64,000 nucleotides of DNA. Source: Escherichia coli (GTDB lineage: Bacteria > Pseudomonadota > Gammaproteobacteria > Enterobacterales > Enterobacteriaceae). The DNA lies in the NCBI RefSeq assembly GCF_044324785.1, contig NZ_CP172127.1; one strand, 5' to 3'. The position numbers and the translations under genes were made by a program. This document shows, piece by piece, positions 48,203 to 60,924 of the stretch (the stretch's first letter is position 1; each line of letters starts with the position of its first letter). The notes beneath the pieces were generated by a model. The model saw only the letters and a program-made list of their open reading frames with translations, did no database searches and was not told the origin of the DNA.

Positions 48203-48612
48203 CAGACTGGGTCCTGAATCAAAGAAGGGGAGAGTAAAGACTCTTTCCAGGCATCGGCAATATTACGCATTAATGCTTCCACTTCTTCGACTGCGGAGAC
48301 ATCGTTGCGTAAATTGGCTTGCAGCAAGCGCCTGACCATATAGCTATAAAGAGCAATCAAGTTTTGGGTTAGTTCGTCTTTGCTCTCTTCATCAAGACTC
48401 ACCCGCAGCCCGTTCTCAATGATGTTGATCGCTTTTGACAAAGAGACGCCTTTGCCTTGCTGATTGTTGTCCTGCATAAACAGGCGCGCTCTAACCAGTG
48501 CGCTCAGCACTCCATCAAATAGCATGGTGACCAGCTGTTGCTGGCTGGCGCTCATTACGGCGCTTTCGACGCCAATTTGTGCATAGGCTTTTGAGCCGCT
48601 CGCGGTATACAT
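48202..48612 (-). CDS. fliS: Flagellin-specific chaperone FliS
   Basis: 136 aa; recognised. Confidence 0.9.
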
Positions 48613-48626
48613 GCTGACCTCCGTGA

Positions 48627-50039
48627 TCAGGAATTACTCATTGCAGTAAATTGTTGGCTGAGATAGGTACTGGTGTTATTCAGTTTGCTCATCATGGTAT
48701 CTAATTGCGTAAACTGTGCAGTGTAACGCGCCACGGTGTCATCAATGCTGGCACTGACGGATAGATACTGTTTGGTCAGTTTTTTCAGTGTGGCGTTAAT
48801 ACTGTCCTGTGCGCTATCAATAATGCCATCATCGGCAAGGTAACCTTTTACCTCGGTGGCAATTTTGGTGGTAATTCCTGTTTCTTTACCATCGCCTACC
48901 AGCAATTCACGTACGGATGCTGTATTTTCATTCAGGACTTTTTTGAGTTTATCATCATCAATTTTCAGCTTACCCGTCGTGCCGTCCTGCTTAATCCCGA
49001 TCTCGTTTAATGTTTTGAAGGCACCGTCGCTGGCACCGTTTGCAAATTGTGCGCGGATGCCGCTTTGAATTGTACGTACAACGCTGTCTCCGAGAAGTGC
49101 ACCATTATTTTTATCTTGTGCTTCAGCACCTGGGTCTACTTCTTTATATTTTGTCAGGGTGTTAAAGGTGTCAATGAGGGAGTTATATGAATCCACCCAG
49201 CCTTTAATTGCTTCGGTTGCTTTATCGTTGCTTTTTGTCACCGTGACCCGGACGTCAGTGACTTTTTTGGTCAAATCGAGAGTCACTCCCTGAGGAGCAT
49301 CGGTAATTTTGTTACTTGAACGTTCAATATCGATACCGTTAACGTTTAGCTGTGCATTTTGCGCGTTAACCAGTTCCTTCATATTCCCGGTGTTGGTCTT
49401 GCTGTCATAAGCCAGCAGATCATTTAATTTACTGTCACCCTCAACAGATATGGTCATTTTATTGGCCAGACCTTCACTGGCGGTCAATACCAATTGATAG
49501 TTACCATCTTTGACTTTAACGATACTAGCGGAAATTCCACTATCGGCATCGTTAATGGCTTTGCTGATCTCATCCAATGACGTCTGATCTTTATTGAGCT
49601 TGATTTCCAGCGGCTCTTTACGACCGTCTTGGGTAATTTTTATTGTGCGTGTATCTGATGACTCATCACCCAGTGCATCTTTTGTTGATGCAATGATTGT
49701 CGGGGAATCAGTTCGTAAAGATTGCGCCTGCGCCAGTTGGGTTACGCTGATGGTATAGATACCGGGGGCAGCACCTGCTTCGGTGGAAACTTTAAGGTCT
49801 TCATTGCTACTGGTAACGGTAGTGCTTTTGAACAGATCGGCTTTATTTAACGCAGTATTTGCAGTCTGGAATTTTTCTAATGCACTTTTTAATGTGCCAT
49901 AGGCTGTCAGACGTGCGGTATTGTCACTCTGTTGCTGAGTAATTGGGTTTAAGCGTTTTTTTTCAGCGATGGTCAGGTTGTTTAGCAATGTATCCAGCGG
50001 CAGATTCGAACCAACGCCAAGAGATGTAAATGAAGCCAT
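48627..50039 (-). CDS. fliD: Flagellar filament cap protein FliD
   Basis: Start chosen at MASFTSLGVGSNLPLDTLL; the longer upstream ORF would overrun the sigma-28 promoter. Confidence 0.9.
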   Translation of the reverse strand: MASFTSLGVGSNLPLDTLLNNLTIAEKKRLNPITQQQSDNTARLTAYGTLKSALEKFQTANTALNKADLFKSTTVTSSNEDLKVSTEAGAAPGIYTISVTQLAQAQSLRTDSPTIIASTKDALGDESSDTRTIKITQDGRKEPLEIKLNKDQTSLDEISKAINDADSGISASIVKVKDGNYQLVLTASEGLANKMTISVEGDSKLNDLLAYDSKTNTGNMKELVNAQNAQLNVNGIDIERSSNKITDAPQGVTLDLTKKVTDVRVTVTKSNDKATEAIKGWVDSYNSLIDTFNTLTKYKEVDPGAEAQDKNNGALLGDSVVRTIQSGIRAQFANGASDGAFKTLNEIGIKQDGTTGKLKIDDDKLKKVLNENTASVRELLVGDGKETGITTKIATEVKGYLADDGIIDSAQDSINATLKKLTKQYLSVSASIDDTVARYTAQFTQLDTMMSKLNNTSTYLSQQFTAMSNS

Positions 50040-50076
50040 ACCTAATTCCTTTTGATTGCAAACAGTAGATAAGCGG

Positions 50077-50103
50077 GTTATCGGCAATTTGTGCGCAAAG
50101 TTT
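50077..50103 (-). promoter_or_regulatory. Sigma-28 (FliA) class 3 promoter for fliDST
   Basis: On the minus strand reads TAAACTTT-N11-GCCGATAA, a near-perfect sigma-28 consensus, about 40 bp upstream of the fliD start. Confidence 0.8.
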
Positions 50104-50197
50104 AATAGTTGATTCACGAAGATGATGCGCAGAGTAGAGTTGTATATTACGGATATTTCAGCCGTTAAGAAAAAACAGGAGAGAAACTAAAATTTTC

Positions 50198-50224
50198 TAA
50201 AGTTCGAAATTCAGGTGCCGATAC
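50198..50224 (+). promoter_or_regulatory. Sigma-28 (FliA) class 3 promoter for fliC
   Basis: TAAAGTTC-N11-GCCGATAC about 70 bp upstream of the fliC ATG. Confidence 0.8.
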
Positions 50225-50293
50225 AAGGGGTACGGTGAGAAACCGTGGGCAACAGCCCAATAACATCAAGTTGTAATTGATAAGGAAAAGATC

Positions 50294-51787
50294 ATGGCAC
50301 AAGTCATTAATACAAACAGCCTGTCGCTGTTGACCCAGAATAACCTGAACAAATCTCAGTCTTCTCTGAGCTCCGCCATTGAACGTCTCTCTTCTGGCCT
50401 GCGTATTAACAGTGCTAAAGATGACGCAGCAGGTCAGGCGATTGCTAACCGTTTTACGGCAAATATTAAAGGTCTGACTCAGGCTTCCCGTAACGCGAAT
50501 GATGGTATTTCTGTTGCGCAGACCACTGAAGGTGCGCTGAATGAAATTAACAACAACCTGCAGCGTATTCGTGAACTTTCTGTTCAGGCAACTAACGGTA
50601 CTAACTCTGACAGTGACCTGACCTCCATCCAGTCCGAAATCCAGCAACGTCTGAGTGAAATTGACCGTGTTTCTGGTCAGACTCAGTTTAACGGCGTTAA
50701 AGTGCTGGCTTCTGATCAGGATATGACTATTCAGGTTGGTGCAAACGACGGCGAAACAATTACTATTAAACTGCAGGAAATTAATTCCGACACACTGGGA
50801 TTATCTGGTTTTGGTATTAAAGATCCTACTAAATTAAAAGCCGCAACAGCTGAAACAACCTATTTTGGATCGACAGTTAAGCTTGCTGACGCTAATACAC
50901 TTGATGCAGATATTACAGCTACAGTTAAAGGCACTACGACTCCGGGCAAACGTGACGGTAATATTATGTCTGATGCTAACGGTAAGTTGTACGTTAAAGT
51001 TGCCGGTTCAGATAAACCCGCTGAAAATGGTTATTATGAAGTTACTGTGGAGGATGATCCGACATCTCCTGATGCAGGTAAGCTGAAGCTGGGGGCTCTA
51101 GCGGGTACCCAGCCTCAAGCAGGTAATTTAAAGGAAGTCACAACGGTGAAAGGGAAGGGGGCTATTGATGTTCAGTTGGGTACTGATACCGCAACCGCTT
51201 CTATCACAGGTGCAAAACTCTTTAAGTTAGAAGACGCTAATGGCAAAGATACTGGTTCATTTGCGTTGATTGGTGATGACGGTAAACAGTATGCAGCGAA
51301 TGTTGATCAGAAAACAGGTGCAGTTTCCGTTAAAACAATGTCTTACACTGATGCTGACGGTGTCAAACACGACAATGTTAAAGTTGAACTGGGTGGAAGC
51401 GATGGCAAAACCGAAGTTGTAACTGCAACCGATGGCAAAACTTACAGTGTTAGTGATTTACAAGGTAAGAGCCTGAAAACTGATTCTATTGCAGCAATTT
51501 CTACGCAGAAAACAGAAGATCCTTTGGCTGCTATCGATAAAGCACTGTCTCAGGTTGACTCGTTGCGTTCTAACCTAGGTGCAATTCAAAACCGTTTCGA
51601 CTCTGCCATCACCAACCTTGGCAACACCGTAAACAACCTGTCTTCTGCCCGTAGCCGTATCGAAGATGCTGACTACGCGACCGAAGTGTCTAACATGTCT
51701 CGTGCGCAGATCCTGCAACAAGCAGGTACTTCTGTTCTGGCACAGGCTAACCAGACCACGCAGAACGTACTGTCTCTGCTGCGTTAA
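50294..51787 (+). CDS. fliC: Flagellin FliC (H antigen); central variable domain differs from K-12
   Basis: Conserved N-terminus (MAQVINTNSLSLLTQNNLNKSQS...) and C-terminus (...QNVLSLLR) with a divergent middle; 497 aa. Confidence 0.95.
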   Translation: MAQVINTNSLSLLTQNNLNKSQSSLSSAIERLSSGLRINSAKDDAAGQAIANRFTANIKGLTQASRNANDGISVAQTTEGALNEINNNLQRIRELSVQATNGTNSDSDLTSIQSEIQQRLSEIDRVSGQTQFNGVKVLASDQDMTIQVGANDGETITIKLQEINSDTLGLSGFGIKDPTKLKAATAETTYFGSTVKLADANTLDADITATVKGTTTPGKRDGNIMSDANGKLYVKVAGSDKPAENGYYEVTVEDDPTSPDAGKLKLGALAGTQPQAGNLKEVTTVKGKGAIDVQLGTDTATASITGAKLFKLEDANGKDTGSFALIGDDGKQYAANVDQKTGAVSVKTMSYTDADGVKHDNVKVELGGSDGKTEVVTATDGKTYSVSDLQGKSLKTDSIAAISTQKTEDPLAAIDKALSQVDSLRSNLGAIQNRFDSAITNLGNTVNNLSSARSRIEDADYATEVSNMSRAQILQQAGTSVLAQANQTTQNVLSLLR

Positions 51788-51805
51788 TCGCCGCTATATT
51801 CTGCC

Positions 51806-51830
51806 AAACCCCGCTCCGGCGGGGTTTTTT
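51806..51830 (+). terminator. Rho-independent terminator of fliC
   Basis: AAACCCCGCTCCGGCGGGGTTTTTT hairpin plus T-run just after the fliC stop. Confidence 0.8.
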
Positions 51831-51952
51831 CTACCCGGCAAATAGCCGTAACCCCCAAATAACCCCTCATTTCACCCACTAATCGTCCGATTAAAAACCC
51901 TGCAGAAACGGATAATCGTGCCGATAACTCATATAACGCAGGGCTGTTTATC

Positions 51953-52672
51953 GTGAATTCACTCTATACCGCTGAAGGTGTAATGGATAAACACTCGCTG
52001 TGGCAGCGTTATGTCCCGCTGGTGCGTCACGAAGCATTGCGCCTGCAGGTTCGACTGCCCGCGAGCGTGGAACTTGACGATCTGCTACAGGCGGGCGGCA
52101 TTGGGTTACTTAATGCCGTCGAACGCTATGACGCCCTACAAGGAACGGCATTTACAACTTACGCAGTGCAGCGTATCCGTGGCGCTATGCTGGATGAACT
52201 TCGCAGCCGTGACTGGGTGCCGCGCAGCGTGCGACGCAACGCGCGTGAAGTGGCACAGGCAATAGGGCAACTGGAGCAGGAACTTGGCCGCAACGCCACG
52301 GAAACTGAGGTAGCGGAACGTTTAGGGATCGATATTGCCGATTATCGCCAAATGTTGCTCGACACCAATAACAGCCAGCTCTTCTCCTACGATGAGTGGC
52401 GCGAAGAGCACGGCGATAGCATCGAACTGGTTACTGATGATCATCAGCGAGAAAACCCGCTACAACAACTGCTGGACAGTAATCTGCGCCAGCGGGTGAT
52501 GGAAGCTATCGAAACGTTGCCGGAGCGGGAAAAACTGGTATTAACCCTCTATTATCAGGAAGAGCTGAATCTCAAAGAGATTGGCGCGGTGCTGGAGGTC
52601 GGGGAATCGCGGGTCAGTCAGTTACACAGCCAGGCCATTAAACGGTTACGCACTAAACTGGGTAAGTTATAA
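51953..52672 (+). CDS. fliA: Flagellar sigma factor FliA (sigma-28)
   Basis: 239 aa; recognised. A GCCGATAA -10-like element lies upstream at 51920-51927. Confidence 0.95.
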   Translation: MNSLYTAEGVMDKHSLWQRYVPLVRHEALRLQVRLPASVELDDLLQAGGIGLLNAVERYDALQGTAFTTYAVQRIRGAMLDELRSRDWVPRSVRRNAREVAQAIGQLEQELGRNATETEVAERLGIDIADYRQMLLDTNNSQLFSYDEWREEHGDSIELVTDDHQRENPLQQLLDSNLRQRVMEAIETLPEREKLVLTLYYQEELNLKEIGAVLEVGESRVSQLHSQAIKRLRTKLGKL

Positions 52673-52717
52673 CGTCAGTAAATGCCGCACTTTAATTTTG
52701 ACTACCAGGAGTTCTTA

Positions 52718-53269
52718 ATGATGGTGCAGCACCTGAAAAGACGGCCATTAAGCCGCTATCTTAAAGACTTTAAACACAGCCAGACCCATTGCGCGCATTG
52801 CCGTAAATTACTCGATCGCATTACCTTAGTTCGCGACGGCAAAATAGTGAATAAAATCGAGATTTCCCGCCTGGACATGCTGCTTGATGAAAATGGCTGG
52901 CAAACGGAACAAAAATCATGGGCGGCATTGTGCCGATTTTGCGGTGATTTACATTGCAAAACGCAGAGTGATTTTTTCGATATTATCGGTTTTAAGCAAT
53001 TTCTTTTTGAGCAAACTGAAATGAGCCCAGGTACGGTGCGTGAATATGTCGTTCGTCTGCGCCGTTTGGGTAATCATCTACACGAGCAAAATATTTCCCT
53101 CGATCAGCTGCAGGACGGTTTCCTTGATGAAATCCTCGCCCCATGGCTGCCCACCACCAGCACCAACAATTACCGCATCGCGTTACGGAAGTATCAACAC
53201 TATCAGCGTCAAACGTGTACCGGACTTGTGCAGAAATCCTCCAGCCTGCCTGCTTCTGATATATATTAA
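52718..53269 (+). CDS. fliZ: Regulator FliZ
   Basis: Start chosen at MMVQHLKRRPL (183 aa). Confidence 0.85.
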   Translation: MMVQHLKRRPLSRYLKDFKHSQTHCAHCRKLLDRITLVRDGKIVNKIEISRLDMLLDENGWQTEQKSWAALCRFCGDLHCKTQSDFFDIIGFKQFLFEQTEMSPGTVREYVVRLRRLGNHLHEQNISLDQLQDGFLDEILAPWLPTTSTNNYRIALRKYQHYQRQTCTGLVQKSSSLPASDIY

Positions 53270-53356
53270 ATAAGAATAAGATGTAGCGGAGTTGTTTTTG
53301 TGTTTACAAACAATGGCTCTACACTGCAAACAGACATAACAACATTCGGGGTGAAT

Positions 53357-55248
<1,892 letters not shown>

Positions 55249-55262
55249 CTCCGGAAACGCTC

Positions 55263-55931
55263 ATGCAAGAAAGTATACAACTGGTTATTGATTCCTTGCC
55301 GTTCCTGCTGAAAGGGGCTGGGTATACGCTGCAACTCAGTATCGGCGGCATGTTTTTTGGCTTACTACTCGGGTTTATTCTCGCGCTGATGCGCCTGTCG
55401 CCAATCTGGCCCGTGCGCTGGCTGGCGCGTTTTTATATCTCTATTTTTCGTGGTACGCCGCTCATCGCACAACTGTTTATGATCTATTACGGCCTGCCGC
55501 AGTTTGGCATCGAACTAGATCCCATTCCGTCAGCAATGATTGGTCTGTCGCTAAACACTGCCGCCTATGCTGCCGAAACGCTGCGCGCCGCCATTTCTTC
55601 TATTGATAAAGGTCAGTGGGAAGCTGCTGCCAGTATTGGTATGACGCCGTGGCAGACCATGCGTCGCGCGATTTTGCCACAGGCGGCGCGGGTGGCGTTG
55701 CCGCCGCTGTCGAACAGCTTTATCAGCCTGGTAAAAGATACGTCGCTGGCCGCGACAATCCAGGTGCCGGAGCTGTTCCGTCAGGCGCAGTTGATTACCT
55801 CGCGCACGCTGGAAGTGTTCACCATGTACCTGGCGGCTTCGCTCATCTACTGGATCATGGCGACAGTGTTATCGACGTTGCAGAACCATTTTGAGAATCA
55901 ACTTAATCGCCAGGAGAGAGAACCAAAATGA
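55263..55931 (+). CDS. tcyL: Cystine ABC transporter permease TcyL (YecS)
   Basis: 222 aa with the ABC permease EAA-like motif; recognised. Confidence 0.9.
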   Translation: MQESIQLVIDSLPFLLKGAGYTLQLSIGGMFFGLLLGFILALMRLSPIWPVRWLARFYISIFRGTPLIAQLFMIYYGLPQFGIELDPIPSAMIGLSLNTAAYAAETLRAAISSIDKGQWEAAASIGMTPWQTMRRAILPQAARVALPPLSNSFISLVKDTSLAATIQVPELFRQAQLITSRTLEVFTMYLAASLIYWIMATVLSTLQNHFENQLNRQEREPK

Positions 55932-56680
55932 GTGCCATTGAAGTTAAGAACCTGGTGAAAAAATTCCACGGTCAGACGGTGCTGCACGGTATCGACCTTG
56001 AGGTGAAGCCTGGCGAAGTAGTGGCAATTATCGGTCCGAGTGGTTCCGGCAAAACCACGTTGCTACGCAGCATAAATCTGCTGGAACAACCGGAAGCGGG
56101 AACCATCACCGTTGGCGATATCACCATTGATACTGCACGTTCATTAAGTCAGCAAAAATCGCTGATTCGCCAGTTGCGTCAGCACGTCGGGTTTGTCTTC
56201 CAGAACTTTAATTTGTTTCCGCATCGTACGGTGCTGGAAAACATTATTGAAGGGCCGGTGATCGTCAAAGGCGAACCAAAAGAAGAGGCCACGGCGCGCG
56301 CTCGCGAGCTGCTGGCGAAAGTTGGGCTGGCAGGTAAAGAAACCAGCTATCCACGTCGTTTGTCTGGCGGTCAACAGCAGCGTGTTGCGATTGCGCGTGC
56401 GCTGGCAATGCGTCCTGAGGTGATTTTGTTTGACGAGCCAACGTCGGCGCTGGATCCAGAGCTGGTGGGCGAGGTCCTGAACACCATCCGTCAGCTGGCG
56501 CAGGAAAAGCGCACGATGGTGATTGTGACGCACGAAATGAGCTTTGCCCGGGATGTTGCGGACCGGGCGATTTTTATGGACCAGGGGCGGATAGTCGAGC
56601 AGGGGGCAGCAAAAGCGTTATTTGCCGATCCCCAGCAGCCTCGCACCCGCCAGTTCCTCGAGAAGTTTCTGCTGCAATAA
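55928..56680 (+). CDS. tcyN: Cystine ABC transporter ATPase TcyN (YecC)
   Basis: 250 aa with Walker A (GPSGSGKTT), signature LSGGQQQR and Walker B (ILFDEPTSALD). Confidence 0.95.
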   Translation: MSAIEVKNLVKKFHGQTVLHGIDLEVKPGEVVAIIGPSGSGKTTLLRSINLLEQPEAGTITVGDITIDTARSLSQQKSLIRQLRQHVGFVFQNFNLFPHRTVLENIIEGPVIVKGEPKEEATARARELLAKVGLAGKETSYPRRLSGGQQQRVAIARALAMRPEVILFDEPTSALDPELVGEVLNTIRQLAQEKRTMVIVTHEMSFARDVADRAIFMDQGRIVEQGAAKALFADPQQPRTRQFLEKFLLQ

Positions 56681-56909
56681 TAAGAAAAAATCAGCCCCGA
56701 CGATTCACCTGTCGGGGCGGGACGCCATTTCAAGCGTGATAAAACTGCTTAACAAATCAGCATAACTCATTAATAACATAAGAGAATGCGATGGCTTGCA
56801 AAAGTAATTCATTGCCTGAATAATATAAATTATATATAAATCTTATTTATGTGATAGTTTGAATTATCATTATAAATGATACTCACTCTCAGGGGCGTTG
56901 CGGTTTACT

Positions 56910-57632
56910 ATGCAGGATACGGATTTTTTCAGCTGGCGTCGCACGATGCTGTTGCGTTTTCAGAGGATGGAGGCCGCAGAAGAGGTCTACCATGAAATAG
57001 AGCTTCAGGCTCAGCAGCTGGAGTACGATTACTATTCGTTATGTGTTCGCCACCCGGTACCATTCACGCGACCTAAAGTGGCTTTCTACACCAATTACCC
57101 TGAGGCGTGGGTTAGTTATTATCAGGCAAAAAACTTTCTCGCAATTGATCCGGTGCTGAACCCTGAAAACTTTAGTCAGGGCCATTTAATGTGGAATGAT
57201 GACTTATTCAGCGAAGCTCAGCCGTTATGGGAAGCCGCGCGCGCACATGGTTTACGCCGCGGTGTCACTCAGTATTTAATGCTGCCAAACCGGGCGCTGG
57301 GCTTTTTGTCCTTTTCCCGTAGCAGCGCGCGCGAAATACCCATTCTTAGTGATGAACTGCAATTAAAAATGCAGTTACTGGTGCGCGAAAGTCTGATGGC
57401 TCTGATGCGTTTAAATGATGAAATAGTGATGACGCCAGAGATGAATTTCAGCAAGCGCGAAAAAGAAATTTTGAAATGGACGGCGGAAGGGAAGACATCA
57501 GCAGAGATAGCGATGATTTTGTCAATCTCTGAGAATACGGTCAATTTCCATCAGAAAAACATGCAGAAAAAAATCAATGCACCAAATAAGACCCAGGTGG
57601 CCTGTTACGCGGCCGCTACTGGCTTAATTTGA
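56910..57632 (+). CDS. sdiA: LuxR-family quorum-sensing regulator SdiA
   Basis: Start chosen at MQDTDFFSWRR (240 aa); recognised. Confidence 0.9.
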   Translation: MQDTDFFSWRRTMLLRFQRMEAAEEVYHEIELQAQQLEYDYYSLCVRHPVPFTRPKVAFYTNYPEAWVSYYQAKNFLAIDPVLNPENFSQGHLMWNDDLFSEAQPLWEAARAHGLRRGVTQYLMLPNRALGFLSFSRSSAREIPILSDELQLKMQLLVRESLMALMRLNDEIVMTPEMNFSKREKEILKWTAEGKTSAEIAMILSISENTVNFHQKNMQKKINAPNKTQVACYAAATGLI

Positions 57633-57660
57633 TCTCTTTTCTGTTCTGCGTGCCAGATGC

Positions 57661-57697
57661 AAAAACCGGCTGAAAGGCACGCTCTCAGCCGGTTTTA
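57661..57697. terminator. Bidirectional rho-independent terminator between sdiA and yecF
   Basis: AAAAACCGGCTGA...TCAGCCGGTTTTAT, with an A-run on one side and a T-run on the other. Confidence 0.7.
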
Positions 57698-57699
57698 TA

Positions 57700-57924
57700 T
57701 TACTGACGGTAGGCTTGTTTAATTTGCTTAACCGTTTTGGAAAATACTGCAGCCTGGGTTTCGTCTTCGATCAGCGCAAGCTGTTTTTCCATCTTTAACA
57801 TCACGCGGCCCGCGTCAGCTTGTCCCATCGCCTGCAGCATCAGCGTCAGCATCGCTTTCAGGCAGGAGACTTCATTTGCCAGTTCTTGATTATTCTCGGC
57901 AGTAGAAAAATCAGGCGTACTCAT
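57700..57924 (-). CDS. yecF: Small protein YecF
   Basis: 74 aa; recognised. Confidence 0.85.
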
Positions 57925-58382
57925 TTATTTTCCTCGTCATGTTGCAATGAAAATTTGCGGTGAAAAATGTTAAGGCGGCGGAGTATACCATAAGCTTTGC
58001 TAAAAATAGCAGTGGTTGTTTTTTGAGCGTGATATCGGCAGTACTATAAAATACGTTAATATAATGACCAATAAATATTTTTATCATGAATGTTTTTTGC
58101 CCGTATTGTTCGGGTTAATTAATGTTACATATTCAGCGGGCTGATTTTCATTTTTGCTGAATAAAGTCAATTTTTGTCACATTTCATCGCCGGGCTTACT
58201 GTGAAACGATCCCGGAAGCCGTTGGTGACGGGCGTGACCATAACTGTGGACAATCGAATTTACAAAAACGAGAGAAAAATCGAATACCCACCATTTTTAA
58301 CGTTTCAAAGTTGCAATAAAAACCGCTAATATACGAATGACTAACTATCAGTAGCGTTATCCCTATTTCTGGAGATATTCCT

Positions 58383-59039
58383 TTGATCAACGTTCTACTT
58401 GTTGATGACCACGAACTGGTGCGCGCAGGGATACGACGCATTCTGGAAGATATAAAGGGTATAAAAGTCGTCGGTGAGGCATCGTGCGGTGAAGACGCCG
58501 TTAAGTGGTGCCGGGCAAATGCCGTTGACGTGGTGCTAATGGACATGAGTATGCCGGGCATTGGCGGTCTTGAGGCGACGCGTAAAATCGCGCGTTCCAC
58601 AGCTGATGTCAAAATCATCATGCTTACCGTCCATACAGAAAACCCTTTACCAGCGAAAGTCATGCAGGCCGGTGCTGCGGGCTACCTCAGCAAAGGCGCG
58701 GCTCCGCAGGAAGTCGTGAGTGCGATTCGTTCTGTCTATTCAGGGCAGCGTTACATTGCTTCTGACATCGCTCAACAAATGGCGTTAAGCCAGATCGAAC
58801 CAGAAAAAACAGAAAGCCCATTTGCCAGTTTGTCTGAACGTGAATTGCAGATTATGCTGATGATCACCAAGGGCCAGAAGGTCAATGAGATCTCAGAACA
58901 GCTCAATCTCAGTCCGAAAACGGTGAACAGCTACCGCTATCGTATGTTCAGTAAACTAAACATTCATGGCGATGTTGAGCTGACTCACCTGGCAATTCGC
59001 CATGGTCTGTGTAATGCGGAGACATTATCAAGTCAGTGA
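58383..59039 (+). CDS. uvrY: Response regulator UvrY (BarA partner)
   Basis: 218 aa with receiver domain and LuxR-type HTH; apparent TTG start. Confidence 0.9.
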
Positions 59040-60868
59040 GTGATCAGTTTGACGCAAAAGCGTTTTTAAAAACCGTAACCAGCCAGCCAGGCGTTTATCG
59101 CATGTACGATGCTGGTGGTACGGTTATCTATGTCGGCAAAGCGAAAGACCTGAAAAAACGGCTTTCCAGCTATTTCCGTAGCAACCTCGCTTCGCGCAAA
59201 ACCGAAGCGCTGGTCGCCCAGATCCAGCAAATTGATGTAACGGTTACTCATACAGAAACCGAAGCGCTGTTGCTTGAACACAACTACATCAAACTCTATC
59301 AGCCGCGTTACAACGTTTTGCTACGCGATGATAAATCTTATCCTTTTATCTTCCTGAGTGGCGATACCCATCCGCGTCTGGCGATGCATCGTGGTGCGAA
59401 GCATGCCAAAGGTGAATATTTCGGCCCGTTCCCGAATGGCTATGCCGTACGTGAAACACTGGCGCTACTGCAAAAGATTTTCCCCATTCGCCAGTGCGAA
59501 AATAGTGTTTATCGCAATCGCTCGCGTCCGTGTCTGCAATATCAGATAGGGCGCTGTCTGGGACCGTGCGTTGAAGGACTGGTGAGTGAAGAAGAATACG
59601 CTCAGCAGGTCGAGTATGTGCGCCTGTTTTTGTCTGGCAAAGATGATCAGGTGCTTACGCAACTCATTAGCCGTATGGAAACTGCCAGCCAGAATCTGGA
59701 GTTTGAAGAAGCGGCACGTATTCGCGACCAAATTCAGGCGGTGCGACGCGTCACCGAAAAACAGTTTGTGTCCAATACCGGCGACGACCTCGACGTTATT
59801 GGTGTAGCGTTCGATGCGGGCATGGCTTGTGTCCACGTATTGTTCATTCGTCAGGGTAAAGTGCTCGGCAGCCGCAGCTATTTCCCGAAAGTGCCGGGCG
59901 GTACGGAACTGAGCGAGGTGGTGGAAACCTTCGTAGGTCAGTTCTATTTACAAGGCAGCCAGATGCGCACCTTACCGGGTGAGATCCTGCTCGATTTTAA
60001 TCTTAGCGATAAAACGCTGCTCGCCGATTCCCTTTCAGAACTGGCGGGACGCAAGATTAATGTTCAAACCAAACCTCGCGGCGATCGGGCGCGTTATCTG
60101 AAACTCGCGCGCACCAATGCGGCGACGGCCTTAACCAGCAAACTTTCGCAGCAATCTACCGTTCACCAGCGACTGACCGCGCTTGCCAGCGTGTTGAAAT
60201 TACCGGAAGTGAAGCGGATGGAGTGCTTTGACATCAGCCATACCATGGGTGAACAAACCGTCGCTTCCTGTGTGGTGTTTGATGCTAACGGCCCGCTGCG
60301 TGCGGAGTATCGGCGCTATAACATTACTGGCATTACGCCGGGCGATGATTATGCGGCGATGAATCAGGTGCTGCGTCGGCGTTATGGTAAAGCCATCGAC
60401 GACAGTAAGATCCCGGATGTGATCCTTATCGACGGCGGCAAAGGCCAGCTTGCGCAGGCGAAAAATGTCTTCGCCGAACTGGATGTCTCATGGGATAAAA
60501 ATCATCCGCTGCTACTTGGCGTTGCCAAAGGTGCAGATAGGAAGGCAGGGTTGGAAACGCTGTTCTTTGAGCCGGAAGGTGAGGGATTCAGTTTGCCGCC
60601 AGATTCTCCCGCGCTGCATGTTATCCAGCATATTCGCGACGAATCACACGATCACGCGATTGGTGGGCACCGTAAAAAACGGGCGAAGGTCAAAAATACC
60701 AGTTCCCTGGAAACCATTGAAGGCGTCGGGCCAAAACGTCGGCAAATGTTGTTGAAATATATGGGCGGTTTGCAAGGTTTACGTAACGCCAGCGTCGAGG
60801 AAATTGCAAAAGTGCCGGGTATTTCGCAAGGTCTGGCAGAAAAGATCTTCTGGTCGTTGAAACATTGA
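59036..60868 (+). CDS. uvrC: Excinuclease ABC subunit C UvrC
   Basis: 610 aa with GIY-YIG N-terminus ([18 protein letters not shown]); apparent GTG start overlapping the uvrY stop. Confidence 0.95.
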
Positions 60869-60924
60869 TGTCTCTGTAGCAACATAGGGGTAATCTTACT
60901 GACAACAGATAGTTACCCGTCATT

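Noticed and set aside
56692-56720. Hairpin after tcyN (CAGCCCCGACG...CGTCGGGGCGG) considered as a terminator
   Set aside because: GC-rich stem but no following T-run on the plus strand, so not a convincing intrinsic terminator.
57925-58382. Possible LexA box upstream of uvrY-uvrC
   Set aside because: I could not find a convincing CTGT-N8-ACAG match by eye in the yecF-uvrY spacer, so no site is reported.
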